The notes beneath the pieces were generated by a model. That model did no database searches. It worked only from the letters and a program-made list of their open reading frames with translations, and had not been told where the DNA came from. DNA of 64,000 nt from Schmidtea polychroa (Eukaryota): the NCBI GenBank assembly GCA_044892525.1, contig CM097887.1:43896001-43960000 (forward strand), read 5' to 3'. Both the position numbers and the translations under genes were made by a program. Of the stretch, positions 58,343 through 64,000 are shown piece by piece; within the stretch, counting starts at the first letter, position 1, and each line of letters starts with the position of its first letter.

Positions 58343-60694
58343 CTGAAATGTATATTTTTTATGTAAATAAAATTTTAATACACATTATACACAAAAATTC
58401 CTAATCGTTCTGTTTGGTTTTTTTTAAAACTATTATCAAAATATAAATTTTAATAATTAGCCACAGTAAATTAAAAATACCATAACTTCATATAGTGAAT
58501 ACATAAAAAAGTTATATTAAATCCACACAAAGATCTAATATTTTGTCTTTCTTATATTTATTCTTCTGTAACGTTATTATTGGAATATAATGTATTTGCA
58601 TTCATTCTATACGTTCATACGTTGATGCATAAATACCAATTGATGAAGCTGAAAAAGAAATTTAACTTAATATATTACTTATAATATGTCGGTGATATTT
58701 CTGTCATTTATTCTAGTTGTATTTTTTGCTGTCAATCTGAATTTTAAACTTTATCTGTTCTTTGATTATAACAATTGTTGATAGTCTTTATTTTGGAACA
58801 TGAATTTTAAAATTTAGTAGGTATTTATCCTATTTGTAAATATTTATTAGTTGTCGAAATCTCAGGTTTTGATGTATGTTTGATTATATTTTAAAAATAC
58901 AACATTATTACAAGGCTGTCTCCATTTAAAATTATATAATAACCTTTTTAGTACAATTATTTGAATTTTTATATTTCCACCACCCAGTGTCAACTCAAAC
59001 ATTTTTGGGATATGCACACCTCACCTTGGAGACCACTGCTATAATGAATGACATATTATGTTTTTATTTCCTAGAAAATCATAAAATCCCTGAAAATAAA
59101 TATTATTAGAATATATTTTAGTTTCAACTACATTCACTACTTGTGTAAAGGTGCTGAAATGTACTATAGTGCACCTATACCATTGTAACAACAGGTAATT
59201 CTTAAAAATAAGATTCCACTCAGAAGTCTTATGTAAATAATTAGAAGGTTTTAAATGATTGTTCAAATATTTTTGAACATAATCAATAATTCCGTGACTT
59301 AAAATAAAAAATTCCTATTTTTCTGTTACTAATGGTAAACTATAGTTGGAATATTTGACTCCCTTTTAATGAGACATAAGACGCATGCAAAAAATGTCAT
59401 ATTTTTCAAAATTGTGAGTAGATACTGTACCAAATGGCCTGCATGTAATTCATGATATAAAATATTAGTCTATGTCCATGAAGTATAAATATTTAAAGTA
59501 ATATTAATAAGGGTCTTTACCCTTTAGTTAAAGGTTGACGTAAGTCCATATTTACTAAATCGGAAGTGGGACGCATCATATCCAGTTTATTTCAATTTCT
59601 TGGATTTCGAGTTAAAATATTTTATACTTTAAGATTTTTTAAGAAATAAAAAAAATTATGCATCTGCATCAGTCACAATTTAGAATTTAGTTCAAAGTGA
59701 AAAATTTCTAAAAAATATCTTGCCTGCATTTGTTGATTTAATTGTTCTTAAAGGACCGCCGCACTTTGTACAAGGAATATATCCTCCATTGCTCCCAGAG
59801 TTCGAATTTTTAGTTGGTGAATCCATGTCACAGTCAGAGAATTTAGATAAAGCGTGGCTTTCTTCTTTTTTTAGAGTAAGGAATGATTTTTGGAATTTTA
59901 TTAAATTTCCTAAAAGTCCGACACAAACCGATTATAATGATGTAATAAGGATAATTTTATGTTATTTTACTTTAAAAATTAGGAGACCAAATTTTAGTAT
60001 AAAAGTCACAATTGAATTTTAGTGCCCACTGCTGTTTAATTCTACAATTTCAGAATTAGCAACAAGAATACGAAATTCTTTAATTGAAAATAACTCAAAT
60101 AGTAATATTATGCAGGCAATGCAGTTAATCATTAGGCCCATGTTTCCTATACTTTTTTGACGTACGCCTGCAAACTTTCACGGCACATTCTAAAAAACAG
60201 TAATGTTTTTTTATGAAATAATGCCTATTTGTTGTTGAATATTTATTCAATGAGATGGGTGAGCCTGCTTTCCCGAACAAATTAGATTGATCTGAGACTC
60301 AAAATATGTTTAAAAAGCTCGCATTTCAAATTAAAATGAAATAAATTGATTGAAAATTTATACAAAAACATTATTTTTTATTCTTTTTACATTTAGGTTT
60401 TAAGAAAACTTTAGAAAACATTTGAAAGTGATGTCACTACAAAATGTTTATCGTGGCTTTCTAGATTAAAATATTTTTAATATAAAGAATGCAAAGTTTC
60501 AAAACCCTATCAATTTAGAATATTTTGAAAATTCTTTGCGGCACATAGTTTGGGAAAGAATACCTGTTACTCTGTTTAACTCTGTTTCACTCTGTTCAGT
60601 ATAAACAGAGAAATAGATGAAGCAGCCATTCTCAATTTCAAAACAGCTCTTTGTCGCATTGCGTACCAGATCAAATTGAACAATACAATACCTC

Positions 60695-61798
60695 ATGAAA
60701 ATGAAAATAGCGAAAACTGGCAGCTGGTTTGAACAAAATATCTATAAACAAGTTAAAGGTCTGCCTGTGGGTTCTAGCATATCAGGACTGCTAGCAATCA
60801 TCTTTATGGATAACCTCGAACGACAGACACTGAGGACCATACAACCCATCGGTTTCTATGCAAGATATGTAGATGATATTTTCATCACGACCAAACGCAA
60901 AAAAGAAGCGGAGGAAATATTTCATACATTCAATGTGGCTCACCGAGATATTAAGTTCGAAATCGAATATCCGGAAGAAGATGGATCCCTCAATTTATTG
61001 AATTTGATAATTAAAATAGAAGGAAATACTCCAACATACGGGTTCTACAGAAAACCAGCTCGCAAAGAAATATTTATGCACCAAAGATCAGCGCTTCCAT
61101 ACTTACAGAAAGTACATGTCATAAGAAACGAGAAATGAAGAATAGCCAATCGATGCACGGAGAAAAACGAAAACTTTAAAGAACAATCAAATTTCAATAA
61201 AATCCTACACCAAAACGGATACCAAGGTGAGGACATAGAAAGAATGAATTCTACCCTAAGAAGATCTAGGGAATTAACACAAAAGAATCAGAAATATTTC
61301 TATCTGAATATCCCATTCATCAGTGACATACTCGACTTCAAGATCCTGAAAGAACTTAAACGTACCGGTCTTCCAATTCGGAAAGCATATAAATCTTGTA
61401 CATTGAGAAGGGCTCTGGCAGGCAACATAAATAGAGAAAACAATTGCACAATGAAAACTGCTAGACACCGAAAGATATGTGCTTTAGAAAAAACATCGTC
61501 TATTGCATCACGTGCAATGTATGCAATGAAATCTACATTGGAAGTACCCTCAGGACCTTGCACCAAAGAGTTAAAGAACATCTAGATCCTGGTGGAACAT
61601 CCTCGTTGGGCAGACATCTCCGGCAGTATCAGCCAACAGAGGAAAGGAAAAAATATTTCAATAGAAATCATAGCTAATGGAAAGATCCAAAAGAAAAATG
61701 TCAGATTCAAAGAAGCAATTCTCATCATAAACAGACAGCCAAAGATCAACACTAAAGAAGAAATCAATGAAATCATGAATTGGATCTGTTGTCATTGA
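60695..61798 (+). pseudogene. Penelope-like element remnant (RT C-terminal half plus GIY-YIG endonuclease), with stop and frameshifts
   Basis: KQVKGLPVGSSISG, YARYVDDIF, YRKP; VYCITCNVCNEIYIGST.RTL..RVKEH; RFKEAILI...PKIN; TGA at 61136-61138. Confidence 0.85.
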
Positions 61799-62227
61799 CC
61801 TTGAGAATAACTGACAATATATAAAGAAATTAAAAAATAGAATAAATTAAAAAGTAATAATTAGAATAATATAGAAAAATTTTAAAAAATAGGGTTTGAA
61901 AATCAAAATTGACACATTTATTGAAATATTTAAATAGCATACATAAGTGGTTATTGGAGGCTTTATTTAGAATATTTTCAAATATTTTATTAGGCTTCTA
62001 GAAGCTAATTATAGAAGCTGTATAAAAAAATTAAAAAATTTTTAGTTTGTGTCAGTTTGAAATTTTAAATGTAAAAATTTTAAAAGTTTTTAATAAAAAA
62101 AAATTCATTATATTTACAACCAATGAGAATTAAGAGAAAGGAAATAAAAGAAAGATTGAAAGGTATTTTGGTGAAGAACATTGCTAAATTCCAGTCGAAA
62201 ATTTTTTCATTAAATACATTATTTGCA

Positions 62228-62396
62228 NNNNNNNNNNNNNNNNNNNNNNNNNNNNNNNNNNNNNNNNNNNNNNNNNNNNNNNNNNNNNNNNNNNNNNNNN
62301 NNNNNNNNNNNNNNNNNNNNNNNNNNNNNNNNNNNNNNNNNNNNNNNNNNNNNNNNNNNNNNNNNNNNNNNNNNNNNNNNNNNNNNNNNNNNNNNN
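62228..62396. other. Assembly gap (N)
   Basis: Run of N. Confidence 1.
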
Positions 62397-62697
62397 TACA
62401 CCATTACTTTATAAGTTAAAAATGCTAAAGGTAATCTGATACACTTGTAAACCGTTTTTGTCTACCCATGTTTACAAGTATACAGATTTCCTGTGACCAA
62501 GCTAATTTGCAAGTGATGTGATTTCCAGTGTACCAGGGAAAGAATGCAAAAAAGTTGAATCAGCAATATTGTATACTTACCTGGCGCGAAGAGAAATCTT
62601 CGCGTCTCCTGCATAGTACTGATGAGAGCCAAAAGCTCGAAACTAGTCTACTATTGGGATTAGCACTGGGTATCACAATGCTTGTGCTGTCTATACT

Positions 62698-62698
62698 A

Positions 62699-62786
<88 letters not shown>
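62698..62786. repeat. (TAT)n microsatellite
   Basis: Uninterrupted tat/att trinucleotide run. Confidence 0.95.
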
Positions 62787-64000
62787 TAGTAGTTGTTTCT
62801 AATACAAACTACATGAAAAAACAGTCAAGTGAGAATTTTCATATTTTTAAAATTTACATATAAACAAATTCACTTGCAAAAAGTCGTTTTGATAGTATTT
62901 GTATATTCAAAACTGATGATGTCGATTCTAATTTTAGTCTAATTCATAGGACTATAAAATGCATCTCCCTGAAGTAATACAATTAAAGTTTCCAAGATAC
63001 CACAACTTGGTAACTAATGTATATGCAACTGTTTTAAGATATTTTTTTATTTTAAAATTTTAAAGAATTTTATGACAAATGTTTTTGGTTATGCACGTAA
63101 ACAAGGAAACGATTAGAATATTGGATAAGCCACCTTAACATACTTTTTTAGAAGTGAATCAAAAGTTATTTTTTGAAATGACCGGAATTTTTATGATTTG
63201 TCCGTATTATGAGATTTGTTCCTTACACTGTTCTAAAACACAATTCATTATGACTGATTTTTGTGCACTTCTTACACTGCTAATTTGAATTATTTCCCAA
63301 ATAGAACAAAAGGACATGTTATGAAGTTTTTCGATTTTGAAAAGTTTATTCAATTTCAATTTATAAACTAAGAAAAATAACTTCAGCCACAGGAAAACTT
63401 AAAGAAATCAAGTGTAATTTTATCTATCATCGAGTACCCAAATTATGAAAAGCCTATAAACCTTACTATAGTAACACTATTTCACATTATAACATATCTG
63501 TATTAAAAAATATTATAATATTTTTTCAAAAATAATTATATTAACACAAAATAAGTATTAAAGGCAGTAACGTATTATGAGAGCAGGAACGTTGTTAATT
63601 CTGAAAGGCACAATCATTGATAACGATAAAGTGAGCTCTTTATAATGGTGTTATTACTTTTTTGTGCTTCCTATAAGGAAGTGTTCAGGTTAGAGTATAT
63701 GAAAAGAAAATATTAGTTATAAAGGTCCTAAGTGGCAAATTATCTATTAACATCATACAGCGTGCAGCCTTTTTCAAGTGATTTTTATGATTATATAAAA
63801 GGCTGCGCCGAAAAGTCGTGAATATCAAAAAATCATCTATATATTTAGTGATTCATAGTCGATTTCTTTATATGCCAATTTCAAAGAAATCAAAGGTGAA
63901 AATCGAAAGAAATTCTTATATTATATAATATATACAAATTAAATCAGAAATTTTCGAATTTAAATATTTTAATTAAAATTTTAAATAAAAAGCTATCGCA

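Noticed and set aside
62528-62863. 111-aa ORF with a poly-Tyr tract
   Set aside because: Translation of a (TAT)n microsatellite.

Overview
AT-rich eukaryotic genomic DNA, most likely from an invertebrate animal (spliceosomal introns of 40-55 nt alongside kb-sized ones). It has two assembly gaps (N at 30772-30953 and 62228-62396). The first half is one apparently intact, very young giant Ty3/Gypsy LTR element on the minus strand (732-30514, 29,783 bp). It has two 3,843-bp LTRs (TGTTGGG...CCCAACA), a 4-bp AAGG target-site duplication and a tRNA-Pro-type PBS. Its single 4,617-aa ORF fuses, in order: Gag with 3 CCHC knuckles, three ubiquitin-like domains, a Bcl-2-like domain, a signal peptide plus chuvirus/gB-like class III fusion glycoprotein, PR-RT-RNaseH-IN, a duplicated ankyrin module and a type I membrane protein. 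Accessory ORFs are an IAP-type RING protein, a complete intronless TRAF, three coiled-coil proteins, a second membrane protein and an ORF inside the LTR. Spacers between accessory ORFs carry poly(A)-like and 3' splice-site-like signals. Overall it looks like an enveloped, complex-retrovirus-like element carrying apoptosis/ubiquitin-signalling cargo; the functional reading is inference from motifs only. The second half holds ordinary host genes (RAE1 on +, mitochondrial CLPX on -, convergent) and decayed TEs (internally deleted Gypsy, TIR/MITE elements, pogo-like remnant, Penelope-like remnant). No database searches or alignments could be run; domain calls are by eye.
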